Positions 41,910-56,465 of a DNA stretch of 64,000 bases are shown here, in pieces. Under the pieces are notes generated by a model. That model had not been told where the DNA came from. It worked only from the letters and a program-made list of their open reading frames with translations, and made no database searches. Source of the stretch: Adineta vaga. Taxonomy: Eukaryota > Animalia > Rotifera. The position numbers were made by a program, and so were the translations under genes. The stretch is taken from positions 11,160,001 to 11,224,000 of the forward strand of contig CP075492.1 of the NCBI GenBank assembly GCA_021613535.1. Direction: 5' to 3'. The number at the start of each line of letters is the position of its first letter. Positions within the stretch are counted from its first letter, which is position 1.

Positions 41910-41930
41910 TGACTCACATATTGTGAGTCA
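41910..41930. promoter_or_regulatory. Palindrome of two AP-1/TRE consensus sites
   Basis: TGACTCACA-tat-TGTGAGTCA, ~125 nt upstream of the ART-TPR ATG. Confidence 0.5.
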
Positions 41931-43088
41931 TAGATAAAGGAAAAAACCTAAGTAATTACAATATAGATGCTATGAATGAGAATGTCATTTCGGTTTATGA
42001 AGAAAAAAATAGTAGTACACATCTATAAACAAGGTCAATAAATGAATAATCGGTATATTTACACAGACTATATATTTAGATTACTTTACATGTGTATAAT
42101 CAAACTTATTGAGTAATATTCTCGAAATATCTAATCTTGTTGTATATGTATGTATTCAGAGAGGTGCGCTAGTGTACCATTATTTATCTTCCAATCAAGA
42201 CATTCAAGCTCTATCTTGATCTTAGCTACCTTTTCTGACTCTGCACATTTTATTTAATCGATACGTTTTATCGTGTTGGAATAGAAATGATACTATCTTG
42301 TGTTGAAACTATTCAATGATTATGATCACAGTCAAAGAATGAGAATTTGTACATCTACTATATAGATGCCAATGCAGATTTAAAAGATAACATATGTACT
42401 GTCAACTATCTTTTTATCATAACATCATCATTTGTTCCTATTGTAAATGATTGAAGATCGACTGATGTCATCTTATGACTTTTAGAGAGTCAATAGAAAA
42501 TAAAGAGAATCTATGGAATGTATCGGCATTCTAATGAATGATAATAATTAGATAATAATACTAAATTTTGCAACGAAATTTTCGATCAGTATAAAACTAA
42601 TAAATAAATTTGTTTACATTTAAAAAGCACATACAATTTTCCGACATTTCTCCTTACTTTGCATTCATTACTATATAGTCTACTGTGAATGTAGTTTACA
42701 GGATCATATCAGTCATATAATTTCTTAACAAGTTTCATTGCTTATCGACTATTTTTCTTTAATTGAGTTCTATTGACATTATATATTGAATTTGTTTTTC
42801 TGTTTTTTATTTGCTTCAACAGAAAGTTTCTTTTTAATGAAATCAAAGCCTTATTCACTTTCAATCCATTGAAATGCAATATAATGTCAATATTGCTGAC
42901 TATTCTGTAAGCAACTCAACCACCAGTGTTTCATATTGAAGAATATAATTAGTGTTTGGTCATATGCTAATTACAGATATTTCTATTTCATCTCTTGAAA
43001 TGACAGAAACAACAAGAAGAAAAGAAAGAGAAATCAAGTCACGATTTTTCTTTTCATTATTACATTTTATTGAAAAAGCTGTTAGACA

Positions 43089-46000
43089 ATGCCAGTTGTA
43101 CCATCCCTATTAGGATATCGTACATCGAACATTAATAAAGTGAGTTCTTTATTTTGCAACGAAGAATCTATGATTCTAATATAATCACTTTTTCTTTCAG
43201 GGAACTTCACGATCAAAATCAGTACAACGTATTCTTCCATCAAAATCATTACATATTTCTACTACTAATCAACAAACCAATTCCTCAACACGATTGAAAA
43301 AAACTAGTAATCGTATGAATCATTCTACAAATAGTTTTCTTGAACCACCACGTGCACCTGATCCAAAATTATTCGTACATGCTGGTACATCCGGTGTTCG
43401 TCATCTTTTTCCTATTCATTTAATAGATACTGACAATAAAATAAATGCATTTCCTCGTTCCATCTCACGATTACGTTCTCGTACGGCAACAACTGAACGT
43501 TGTACAAATATCGATATGATTCGAAATATTTGTTTATCAATTCCAACATTAGAACATTATGATATCAGTGAAAATAATCTCGATGATTTACCATTAGATC
43601 TTTGTTTTCTAACTATTCTTCAAACATTAAATTGTTCACATAATCAATTAACACTAATTCCTGATTCATTCGAAAAATTAATTCATTTAAAAGAACTTGA
43701 TATATCATTCAATCATTTCAAACAATTTCCAACTGTTATCTCTACATTTACACATTTAATACGATTGAATTGTGAACATAATTTTATGCAAGTAATCCAT
43801 GAGAATTTTATCAATCTGAAAAATTTAAAAACTCTCATTCTCGATCATAATCTATTCGAAAATTTCGATCTAATTGATTTTAGTCAATTGAAAAAACTCG
43901 AATATATTCACATTGCACATAATCAATTATTGAAATTTCCAACCAATCTTCATCAATTAGTATATTTAAAAAATATTAATCTTTCATACAATCAACTAAC
44001 AACATTCCCTAGTGAATTACTATTGATTAATACACTGGATGTTCTTAATCTTAGCCATAATAATCTCACTCATCTATCGCATTTACCAGATGCATACAAA
44101 CGAACATCATTAATATTTTCAATCGATCTATCTTTTAATCAATTAACAAAATTTTATGATTATCTTCTTTGGATTTCCATTAAACTTGACTTATCCAATA
44201 ATGGAATACAATCAATTCCAAAAACTGTTCTTCGAAAAATTAATCGTGATACATTAACAAATCGAGAATTAAAAATCGATAATAATCCTTTAATACATCC
44301 TATAGATATTCTTTCCGAAGATCATATCAATACCAATAATTTACTTCGAATTCTACGAAATTGTTTGGATGAACAACAAAATCATGAAACTGTTCGACAA
44401 GGTTTTAAAATTTGTATTACCGGAGGAAAACAAACGGGAAAATCATCATTAGCTTTTTGTTTGGAAGAATCAATGCCATGTTTATTCGACAAAAAAGATC
44501 AAGGAATGGTTAATAGTATGTAAAACAAAATGTCGATAAATTTCACATGATAGTTTCTTTTGTATAGTTCTACAATTTCCATTTCATTTTCAAACACGAA
44601 CTTCTCAACCAACTTCAACAGCTACATCTCAAAGTAATTTATCGAAACGAAAGAAAACTTCAAATATACTTATAAAAGAATCTACATTATCATCTATCTC
44701 TCGTCCTTCAATTGAATCAATTAAAACTCTTCCGGTCACTATTTTTGATTTCAATGGATCATCAGACTACTACGAACATATGTCCTCATTTATCGATACA
44801 AACGCTATTCATCTTATTTGTATTCACATTGCTGAATTTGATCAAACAATGCCGACAAATATGGAAGAAATCTTCAAAGAAACATACAATATTCGCTCAC
44901 ATACAGTTCTTGCACCATTATTTCAAATTTTACAATTACTTTTTGAAAAAGTAACGAGAACCAATGGCATTCTTATCATACCTATTGCTACACATATCGA
45001 TCTGTATGACAATCGAACTAAACAAGAAAAGTAAATAATATTTTCTTCAATATTTTTAATTCTATTATGAATCGATATTGATTTTTAGAAGTCAAGCATT
45101 AGATAAAATCAATAAATTTTTTAAATTCTACCATCAACATTGTTTTGATCGAATACGAAACGAAATTCAACGAATGAATGCATGTCCAATTATTTCAGCA
45201 TCTTTATCTTATCGTTTAAAAGTTTATACTTCTCTACTAGAAAATAAGATACAAATTGAATCTTGTCAATCCATTAGTTCATTGACATGTCAAGGTCTTT
45301 CAGAACTTCATTATACTATTCAAAATTGTCTTTTGACACATAAAATAATCTTTCCACATGTCGATAGAATCTTACCAACGCTATGGATCGATGCAAATCG
45401 TTATATTGAATCAATGGCTGATCAATTATCTGTTCCATATCTTTCATGGGAGAGTTTTACAAATTCTATTATAATGAAACATGGTCTTGCAAATCTAATC
45501 GATGATATAACGAGATCATTGTCTGATGAAGGAAAACTTTTAGTTCTAAATCAAATTGGTACATCGGATCGTATTGTTTTTCTCCGACCTTTATGGTTAG
45601 GAGATCTTCTAACATCATTATTTCATCTTAATGATCAATCCAAATCGCATTATCAATCATATATAAAAGAATATCATCAATATGGTCGTTTACATTCGGA
45701 TCTTGTTCGTACGTTATGGAATAATCTAGTTCATAAAAAAGATGATTTCTATCAAGTTTGGATGATTTTAATGCGATTTTTATTGATTGCCTATCCAAAA
45801 ATGAATAAAAAACAATTGAAAAATCTTCTAAATAATAATGAAGGAAAAATGGATATTAAATTTGATTATGCTATTGTTCCACATTATTTACCAATGTTTA
45901 GTTTAAATGATCAAGAAAAGAAAAGAAAGAATTTTCATCAAGAATTGAAATATATCGTTAATGTATGTTATAAAAGTTCAATGTTACCATTAGGCTTTTT

Positions 46001-46722
46001 TCATCGTTATTCTGTTTCTGCAATTTTCAAAATGAATATTACATATATTGAACATTGGAATAATTTCATATTTGGTAAATATGATGAGTATGATGTCAAG
46101 TAAATGCAAATGATCAATTTCATCAATGAAAAGATTTCGTTCGAGTTGTTTTTGTTTTGTAGATTTATCCTCGAAACAGATCATCAAACGTATATAAATT
46201 GTCGTTGTGGAACTAATATTCAAGATCAACCATTTGAACAGATTTGGAATGTATTGATGCTACTTCTAAATCATTTTGAAGATTTATTCAAAACTCTAAC
46301 TCCGAGTAGGTTATTATTCCATCTTGATATAGTTATCGTTGAATTCATTGTAGATAATCAATTTAATCGTTATGTTCGATGTCCATATTGTAATGAATAC
46401 TCATTTATGGTAAGTAGTTTCTATTGAAAAGAAAAATCTAATCGAATTACATTTTTAGGGTGAATGGACAACTCCAAAAGAATTACAAGGTCTTCAATCA
46501 AAAACATGTACATTATGTAACGAAGATGTGGATACAAGTTATCTTGTTCAACCAAATGAAAGTAAACGACGAAGTAAGTTTATTTGATTTGAACTTGTAT
46601 CGTGTTAGTATTTATCTTTGAAACTTCTAGATGAAGAATTATTGAGAAAAATACGAGAACGAAAAGCTAATAATATAACGGGAAAATCGAATACAACTCA
46701 ATTACTAACAACATTAGTATGA
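43089..46722 (+). CDS. LRR-ROC-COR (Roco family, MFHAS1-like architecture, no kinase)
   Basis: About 10 LxxLxLSxNxL repeats; P-loop GGKQTGKSSL; IFDFNG (G3); IATHID (G4); COR LPTLW, VFLRPLWL, LPLGFFHR; C-terminal CPYC...CTLC. Confidence 0.87.
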
Positions 46723-49700
46723 TTACATTTTTGACTTTTGAACAAATCAAACTATGTTATTTCTTTTCGAAAATATAATCTCTTGATGTATACAAACCAA
46801 GCAATAGAATCAATTTCATCTCACGCGATCAGACCTTGTTAATATTGAATATTTCTTTTGCAAGTAAACATGACAGATGTCTATCATTACAGAAGAAGGA
46901 GTAGAACAAGTAGGTGTGTTATTTCTTCTCATCTTTTGTTCTATTGATGTTCATAACAAAGAAAGCGAAGATATGAATCGATATTTTTCTGACGATTTAA
47001 GATTGCTACTAATGTGATCGATATGTATTGATTATGCTATTATCTATTCTGTCAATGGTAAAGATTGCCGATCTCGAAGTTGTTGATAGCATTATTATTT
47101 CTTTTGATATACAGAACATATGACGATCATTACATGATAATAATATCTGTCCTTGTTATTTATTGCTATAATGATATTGATGATTTATATCTTCTTTTGA
47201 CTTAACGTACCAGTTGTCACACTTGTCACATTAGCATAAATGCTGATTGGTTAATGTTATTTGCAAAATAGAAAAACAGGTGACATGTTTGTTGAGTTAA
47301 CATTTAGAAAATAGTGTTTGAAAGTATTCCTTAAGGAAATTTATTTATGTTATCATTGAATCAAACAATTAGATAACACATTAAAGTAACAAGCAAAACA
47401 AAAAAGGTCGTTTTCAGTTTTTAAATGATTGAAATGAAGTTTTCGATGAAAATAATCATCGATCACTTGAAAATGAATGTTCTCTAGTATTGTTCTATTT
47501 TTCTTTGCTAACCTAATTCAATGAGACTTTGGGAATTGAAGTATTGTTGAATGAATTGTTTCTTAATATGATGCTAATTCATATCTAGTTAAAGCGATGT
47601 CATCTTTTTGAATTAATCATTGTCATTTTTTTAGAGCATTTTTCTTCTTCTTCTTCTTCTTCTTTTCTCCTCTGATGATTAGAAAAAGGACAAAATTAGT
47701 TTTCTGAAGTAGTCTTTATAGCAACAAAAGAAAAGAAGATAATGACAATCTCTCGATTTGTTTGTCCTTCACGAGACCTCAAGTTTGAATGTTTATTAAA
47801 GAGAGCGAGCAAGTAAGAAACAATCGTTTTTGGCAGTTAGAATTCAATGTGAAAAAATATATTTTGATAGACAAAGGAGTAAATTATTTCTGACAGATAG
47901 TTTCAGTTCGGGCATACAGAAAAAAGAAATTGGATAGAACGTAAATTCGTAACTGTAGTCGCATCAATTGTATACGAAGAAAATGGGAATAGAATGGTAA
48001 ATTGAGTAGAAAATCGATGTGTCATTCGTTCTTGAGAAAGAAGTCATTGAAAGAAATTTATACACTTGAGTTTTTTGTTCGACTGACAATGTTAATAATA
48101 GATTGATTGTCTGTTTAATTATATGATCATGATATGGATTTGTAAACATATTCGAAATATAAATAGAAAAATGAACGTACTTCAGATGAATAGTTCGTTC
48201 TTTCCTATGAGATTTTACTTCAATTAGGAAACTCGATAATCGTACGAACTACGCATGATTGGCTTGTTAGTATATAATCAAGAGAAGAGTAGTACGACAA
48301 GATCCACTCATCAACTTTTTTCATGAGATCATCTAGTTACTAATTGCTTCTTTTCGATAAGATTTTGAAATACCATAAAAGAAGATAAAAAACGTAGAAA
48401 ATGTGATAATTTATATTCTAATCTCTTCAGCTCTCCTTTCGACGTATCATTTTCCGGAAAGAGTACAAAAACGATCTGGAGTGTGTAAAGAATATGGGTG
48501 AATTCTTTTTTCATAGGAATCCTAATTTAGACAAGCTTAAGATAGAAACGGAAAAAGAAACTATCGAACGGTATCATAACACAAACTTATTATAATGGAA
48601 AAACAACAACAACAACATTATTGTAAGAGAGAGAGAGAGGGAGAAATAGTATAGAAGAGCCAGTTACTATTAATCCTGTGTTGATGTCAAAAAAAAAACT
48701 TTTGTATCTTTCTAACTTGTCACAATTCTCTCTTTCTTTTCTGGATATCTCACGCTTGTCATAGACAGACATTCAAGAAGAGAGAGAAAAAATGAAGACC
48801 TTATAATTCGCCTCAAGTATTCTGACAACAAACGTTTCCTATGATAATGAGTATGGAGAATGTGAGATGAAGATTACGATCCGCATGTCTTAATTTCGAT
48901 TGTTAAGATCATTTCGAACAAGAAATTTATACATGTCTAACTTTAGAGAAATAGAGAGAAAGAATAGATAAATTGAATGAGATTGTGTATACGTCATAGA
49001 GGAGAAAGAAGAGGAAGAAGAAGAAGAAGAAGAACAAAAGAAAGGCCTTAAAGATCTCTTCTTTTTCTCATCTATTTGATCGTATATGAAACTATGAAGA
49101 CAGGAAATCTCATAGAGAAAGATCGCAAATAGTTGAATTTTTATTTACTTATTAATGTTATGTAAGTACCTATAGTAGGATGCTTTCTATTTACAATATG
49201 TCGAAACTCGGTAAAATCTATTTCATTGAGCACAGAAAGAAAAAGAATCATGTCAGTTGTGTTGTTTTTATGTCTTCTATTTTTTAAATATATACTAGTA
49301 CGTTTTCTTTGAAATGAATTTGTGATAATTAACAGCAAAGCTTTCATTCTATTCTTTGATTAAGACTATAGAGATCAGTCTGAAAAACTAAAGCATTTGA
49401 CTTCTTTTTTTTATATCATTACACATCCTTTTTTTCTCAAGTTGTTTTTTCCGTTAATCAATCGAGATCTGTATGAATAGGCCATTTTTTTTCTTTCTCC
49501 TTCGATCAGATAGTAAGCACAGAAACAAAACAACTGATTTTAGAGAATACTTATATTGATAATGATGATGATAAGTATTCTGATATTATGAGTATAGAAA
49601 AGGAAGTCAAAGTTCATAAATATCTTTAAAATGTGCGAGATTTCTTTTCTTCCTAGCTTGCAAAAGTATTGATGTCTTTCTTTAGTTCTCTATTTTCCTA

Positions 49701-52485
49701 CGAAGAATCTAAGTTGTGAATGGTAAAACAATAATCTGTAAAGCCTTGTTCTTTCTTATTATCATGATTTCTAATCTATGCGAAGACATATAAAATTATT
49801 TACACGAATATATTTATATTTAATCATAATACAAAAGGAAAAAAAAGGAACCATGAATACATACGACGAATTAATGTAAGTATTTTACTAAATCAATAAA
49901 GCATAAGCTAGAAATCCTGTCTTGATTTATCTATTGAATATTTCAATAGAGAAAATTATGTTCGGAAATTTCTTCCGAAGTAGATCTGTTCGATCGAATG
50001 GAAATTCAATTGAACTTTTCCGTTGATCAAATAAGACTCAGTTCTTATTGTTTGAGTTAGTCAATTATTTTTTAATATTGACCGTTTTTTTTCTCTCTTC
50101 TTCTTTGAATGTGATAATCTTTTTACAAAAATTGTTTCGTTCTGACAGTTCTAAGTGCATCATCACGTCCAAATCTGTTTTCACTATTCTTGTTTGTAAT
50201 GATATTCGAGTGATTGTTTTTCTCAGTCTATCACGAATAAGATAGAAAAAAAAGGCAGAGAAAATTCATTTTTCATAACAGTGTAATTTATCATCAATAT
50301 TGGCTGAAGATTGGTTTTTCTCAATCATGGATACATATATTCATGAAACTACTCTATTAAAGTAAAGCTTACTTTTTATTCCATATAAATCTATAGTATA
50401 CTAAAAACAAAACAAAGGATTTTTTCATGATTGAATACGTCAGAACTTCTGACTCATTTGTATATAGTATATATCAAAATCAGATAGGACGAACTAAATA
50501 GATGATAATACTTATACGATTGTTCTTTTGTTTATTATTTCTCTATCGATAGAACCTATGGTACGTATTGATAGATATTAATTATCTCTAAACAGAAAGC
50601 AAAAGAGTATGACAATAGTAGAATGTTATAGATTAACCTTCTATAACTCTATAGAAAATAAACATTCACAAAAGAATATTCTATTGTCCTTTGAAAACAA
50701 AATACAACTAAATCTTGTTGAATTTTCAAGGCGACAACTTGTCGAAGTTTTCTTCGTTGACGTAAATATCTTTGACACAATACTTGTTCCTGTTTGTTTA
50801 TTCCTATCGTATTTTATCCTTTAACAAATATCTCTCATCACTAACTTTGAAGCTCGAAATATCAGTCTATTACGAGAATGTTTATATATCAAAAGAATTA
50901 CGACATTGTATTGATTAACAGATAGAAAAGCATTACTTGGCAAATATGTAAGTATCGTTTTCTTTTGTTAAGTATAGATTCCCTTCAACTTCTTGTTTTT
51001 TCGCAACTAATTCTAACCGAAGGTTGATCTTTTAATCAAAAGTAGATCATAATATGCTTCAATGAATAATTTAATGAGAATAGGTGAACTATCTGCAATA
51101 TTGTCTAGTCTCAAAATCTTTCTTTTTCTTTTTTTCTCTGAATCAACTATTTTCTTAATCAAATCTATGAGAGAAATAAATAACATTAGTTTATTTACTT
51201 CATGACATTGGTATTGATGAATGATAAAGGAAAATTTGTTTATCTCATCTATCAATAAGTTTCTACATAGAATTTTGTTTTGTCTGCAAACATATAACGC
51301 GTTTCTTCAGTGATAATCTAATCTATACTCAACATAACTTATTTTCAATTGTATATCGTCACTTAAATGACAAGTGTTATGTTGTATTTTGTTTCACTCA
51401 ATCATATGTTCGCTGTTCTGAATCGTCAGTGATGTTGACACCAATGAGTATACTACAAAAATCTACTCTCTCTATATATGAGTCCACTTCCTGTAATGTT
51501 ACGTGCTCAACAGAACTACTATTGATTTTGTGAATACTTTATTAGTCTAAATTATTAAATATTGTCAAGAATAGTGCATGAAATAGTATAATCAGACATG
51601 TCCTGTTCATATATACATATATCAAATGTTAGAACTATATTTAGATATAACATCAATGAAATTATAGAAGTCGTTGATATTTTATATTGTATTCGGAAAA
51701 GAATACGTAGATCATAATTCTTTAGAACTCTGAATACTTTTTGATGAAAAAGAAAATTAGAATCATTTGACGTTTCACACGTTTTTCTCTCTTTATGTTT
51801 AAGAAAGCAAAATCTTTTCTTTCCATCTTCTTCTATCGCTACGTCAATTTGATCATGTCTGACATTCCTCAGACGTAAGAAAAGAAAAACGAAGAATTTC
51901 ATATCCTTATAGTAATTTATTGTCTCTTTTATTGAGCGAAGCGAATCATTTCATTTGTTAGATTACATATGCACGTTATTGAGGAGTTTTGCCGACATGA
52001 AATCTATCTCTATTTGGTTAGTAGTATGAGTAAGAGAGGGGGAGGAAGGGAAGAAGAAAAATCTAACACGAAGGTGCATCGAGCAATGAAATAGTGCGAA
52101 AGAAAACAAATGAATAAATGTGTTTAAAAGTGAGGTAATGTAATTTGAATATGATATATGTGATAATTATCACTTCCTCTTCATCAAAAGAAAACCTGAA
52201 AAGAATTTCAACGAAGACATTCTTTTGTTCGTTTCTTGATCTATAGAAGAAATATGATTACATCGGTGAACATGTAACTTTTTTCTTCTACCATTAATCC
52301 TTGTCTATTCAATTATCAAGTATTGATTATTCTGTTAAATAAGAAAGAATTGCGAAAGATAACCTTGAAAAGACCTTCTTTTACTTAGTTTTCATAGAAA
52401 ATAATCTATTTATTTTAGACAATGGTTTGATTTTACTTCAAATAATTACACAAGAAATATTTTCTTTCCAATTGATTTTGATACA

Positions 52486-53974
52486 ATGGTTCTCTCATTA
52501 AATCAAACTTTAACAGCAGCAACTGAAACCAATGGTGTTATCAAACTTTCCGATGATTTACATTGGTATCCATTCAATCCTGGTGAATGTCCACCACCAT
52601 ATTATGTTATTCTTCAAGGTGTATGTGCACCATTAATTATTATTATTTCAACTGTTTTAAATTCTTTAATTGCTGTTGTTCTATTACAAAAACATCTTCG
52701 TTCATCAACAAATATTCTTCTTTTAGCGATTGCACTTTATGATACATTAACTGGACTTTTTCCTTTTCCTGCCTACATATTTGTCTTTACATTTCGACAA
52801 TGTAATGATTATATACCATTCAATTATGGTTGGTTTCATCGAATTAATCATGATGTTCTTCCATTTATTTTTCATACATGTTCAATTTGGGTAAACAAGA
52901 AATAAATTCAATATATTCCATTGTATTTCTCATACAAAATTTGTTTATGTTATATATTCTAGGTGACAGTTGTATTAGCTATTCAACGTTATATCTATGT
53001 ATGTCATTCAGAGAAGGCCAAACAATGGTGTACTGTACCTATGGCATTAAAAGCAATTGCATGTGTCAATATTTTGGCATTAATTGTAGCTATTCCAATG
53101 TTTATTGAAGGTACATTTCATGCCCAAACAGTTCGTTCATTAATTGATCCAAAGAAAGTTTTCAATGCATGTACTGTTCGTGATTATTCTGAAGACAAAC
53201 GTTATCGAACATTGTTTTCCATCTATTCACTTATTCGTGCGTTATTAATCAATGTGGGTCCATGTACAATACTCGTTATATTCAATGCTATACTTGTCGA
53301 ACGTATGAGAGAAGCAAAACAAAATCGAGATAAACTCATTCGAAGGCGTAGTTATGAATCTCGAGCACAAGAACAAACAAATGTTACATTTATGCTTGTA
53401 TGTTAAATCAAAATTGAAATCAATGCATACATTGATACATTGCTTTTTCTTTTAGATTATTGTCGTCACATTATTTTTAATTGTAGAAATTCCCATGGCT
53501 ATTTATATAATTGTTACAGCTATTTTACGATTATTTCAATCTTCATTTCAAAGTAATTTTCTTCAATTTGCTGTACAATTATTAAATTTTGCTGTTTTAC
53601 TCTCCTATCCAATAAATTTTTTTATTTATTGCCGGATGTCACGAGCATTTCGTGATGCTTTTACCCGACTTTTATGTGCATCATTTCTCAATACACAACA
53701 AGAACGTTTACAATCCATGGCAGCACCATTACTTGGCAAACAATGTCTAGTCGTTACAAATAATACTGAATTGAAAACATCGAATATGGAACCAACAATG
53801 CATGCATCCACTGTGATATTAAATTCTCCAACGAATGATATACCGATGACATCTTTAACACCTCATAGTAGCAATGATTTAAAGGCAAATTCAACTGGAT
53901 CTGTAGAAAAAGCACGTGTATCTTTTAGTGATGAAGTTAATCAATCAACAAATATGAAACGAACTGATCTATAA
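52486..53974 (+). CDS. Class A neuropeptide GPCR, sex-peptide/MIP-receptor-like (3 coding exons)
   Basis: Seven hydrophobic segments. FHTCSIW|VTVVLAIQRYIYVCH...WCT closely matches SPR-type receptors. SYPINFFIYCRMSRAFR. Confidence 0.88.
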
Positions 53975-54733
53975 TCAAGACTGTTTTTGTTTTATGTAAT
54001 AGATAAGTGCCAAAATAGAAAATGAAAAAAAAACTGTTCAAATTCATTTTTTTTATTCTTACGACTTGAACTACTTAGGTATCATTCTATATCAACTTGA
54101 TCATGAATATCATTAATGAGATAGAATTCCAAAGAAAAGAAACTTATTTCTTTTATTTTAACAATTACTTGCTCCTTCCAGGTTGATGACAAGTTAATAA
54201 GAATAGAAAAGAGCACGTTTCCGTTTCAACACACGTTTAGTTTTCAACGTCATCTCGATCCTCATCGAATTACATTTCTGTCAAAATTCTAAACTTCAAT
54301 CAAGAAAATCTATTCGAATTTATGAATATTATCAAATGACCTATTTCCGTAATAATTAACTTTCAATGAGAACATTTTCTCTTCATCCACAAACAAAACG
54401 AACAACTTTATCTCATGAATTTCATCATATTATTAACTATTTATGTAATTTTCTAGGTTTCTTTTCTTGATAAATTTTTGTTAAGATAATGCAATCATCC
54501 GATTTCGTCTATTAATAGAATACATGTTTGCAGACTTGTTAAGATAATCATAGCTATAGTATGCATCGATCCATAGCCAAAGAAATTACTAGTCAAGTAT
54601 AGCTAATTGAAATATGTACTATTTTTAAGTTTTATTGTTATGAAAACGAATAATATAATGAATGAAACAACAAAACAAACCATGCTATCATATAAATAAT
54701 TCTTAAAATTGCGTAAAATCATTCGATATTTTC

Positions 54734-54940
54734 CTATTGTTTATTATCATTCTTTAATGGTAAATCGATATTCATTTCTTTGCAAACTTGTTTGATTGAT
54801 TCAGCTAAAATTTCCATATCTTTTTCGAATAATCGACCAATATTACCAATACGAAAGCAATCTGCTACCATTGTTTTTCCAGGATAAATCAATTGATCTA
54901 AAACAAAAAAAAGAAAGTATTTTCATAAATGGCTGAAAAC

Positions 54941-54971
<31 letters not shown>

Positions 54972-56349
54972 TTCAAACCTTTTTCACTTAATTTCTTATA
55001 GAATGTTTCGAAATGAAACGGTGCTGGTGGATAATAATATGACGTGATAATAAAAGTTTGATAATCAGGTTTAATTAATTCAATGAAACCAAATGATTGC
55101 ATCAATTCTCGAATACGTTTATTATTTGTTTGATATCTAATGCAAAAGAAGAGAATACTTAATAGTATGTAAGAGTGATTTGTACCGTTTTCCTCGTCCT
55201 GGAACACCACCTTCTTCGTCTAATTCATCCAAAGCACGTTTAAAGGCAAGAAGTGAATGAGTTGGAGCTATAGGAATCAAAAAAGAAACCAAGCAAGATT
55301 ATGTATTAACTTTTGATAATAATACATACGTGTAAAACGAAATTGTTTACTCTGTTCCATATAAATATATTGATCATAAAGATCAAGAACTAGACTACGT
55401 GCTTGACCTATATCAAAATCATATATTGATAAGTGAATACAACAAAATATTAATTAGAATTACCTTGACAGGTAAGTAAATGTTCTTTTTTGCAGATAGT
55501 AAATGAAAAACCAGGTACACCTTCGATGCATTTATTAGCCGAACTAACAATATAAGTAATATGACCATTACGAAGACTAACAGGTATAGCACCAAAAGCA
55601 CTCATGGAATCAACAATATATACGAGTGAACCTAATAAAGAAAGTTATATAAATAGAAGTAAACTATATCAATTATAAAACCTTTTTTAGCACCATGATC
55701 ATATACAATTTGGCCAACTTCGTCAACAGGATTTAATATTCCGGAACTTGTTTCACAATGAACCATTGCCACATGTGTATATTGATTTGATTGTAGTTTT
55801 TCAGCAACTTTATCAGTTTGAACTCGTTCAGTTTCAGAAAAAGAAAGAACATCATGAGGAATACTCAATGCTCGACATATTTTCCCCATTCGTTGTCCGT
55901 AAGCACCATTTTCAATAACTAAAACCTTCAATAAAAAGTAATCGATAGAAAAATATATAAATACAAAAAATCTAATTTACTCGAGCATCTTGTCGAGGAA
56001 CTGATGTTGAAAATGTTGCTTCAACTGCATATGAACCACTTCCTTGAATAAGTACAGCTGCATAATCGTCTGCAGATGCGTCTGTAAGGACAATAATGAA
56101 TAAGAAATTATGTATATTCAAGAAGATTTTACCTGCTAATTCAAGTAGTTTTTGACGGATATGTGCGACTATATTTAAAAAAACTGTATCACGTGAACCT
56201 AAATCATGTAACATAGCTTGTTTGACTGTTAAACTGGTTGTTAAAGGACCAGGTGTAAATAATTTCGGATCATTCTCTAAATATGCAAAGAAATTATTCG
56301 TATATTTTCTTTGTAATTAAAATCAAATTAAATTACCTTTGATATCCAT
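54734..56349 (-). CDS. phnW: 2-aminoethylphosphonate--pyruvate transaminase (class V PLP enzyme; about 8 introns)
   Basis: [66 protein letters not shown] lysine [25 protein letters not shown] and FRIGNIG. Confidence 0.93.
54944..54970. repeat. (GA)n microsatellite in a phnW intron
   Basis: Run of gagaga. Confidence 0.9.
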
Positions 56350-56465
56350 TTTCTAAACGACTTAGATTACGACTATAGGAACGATAATAACTGATTTGGT
56401 TATGTTATCTTTGGTAACTGCGAGGTGAGGTGAACTCGTTGACCAATAGAATTTCGACTATACAA

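Noticed and set aside
47964-51902. Several 60-115 aa ORFs in the long non-coding region
   Set aside because: No domains, biased F/L/I/K composition and no consistent exon chains.
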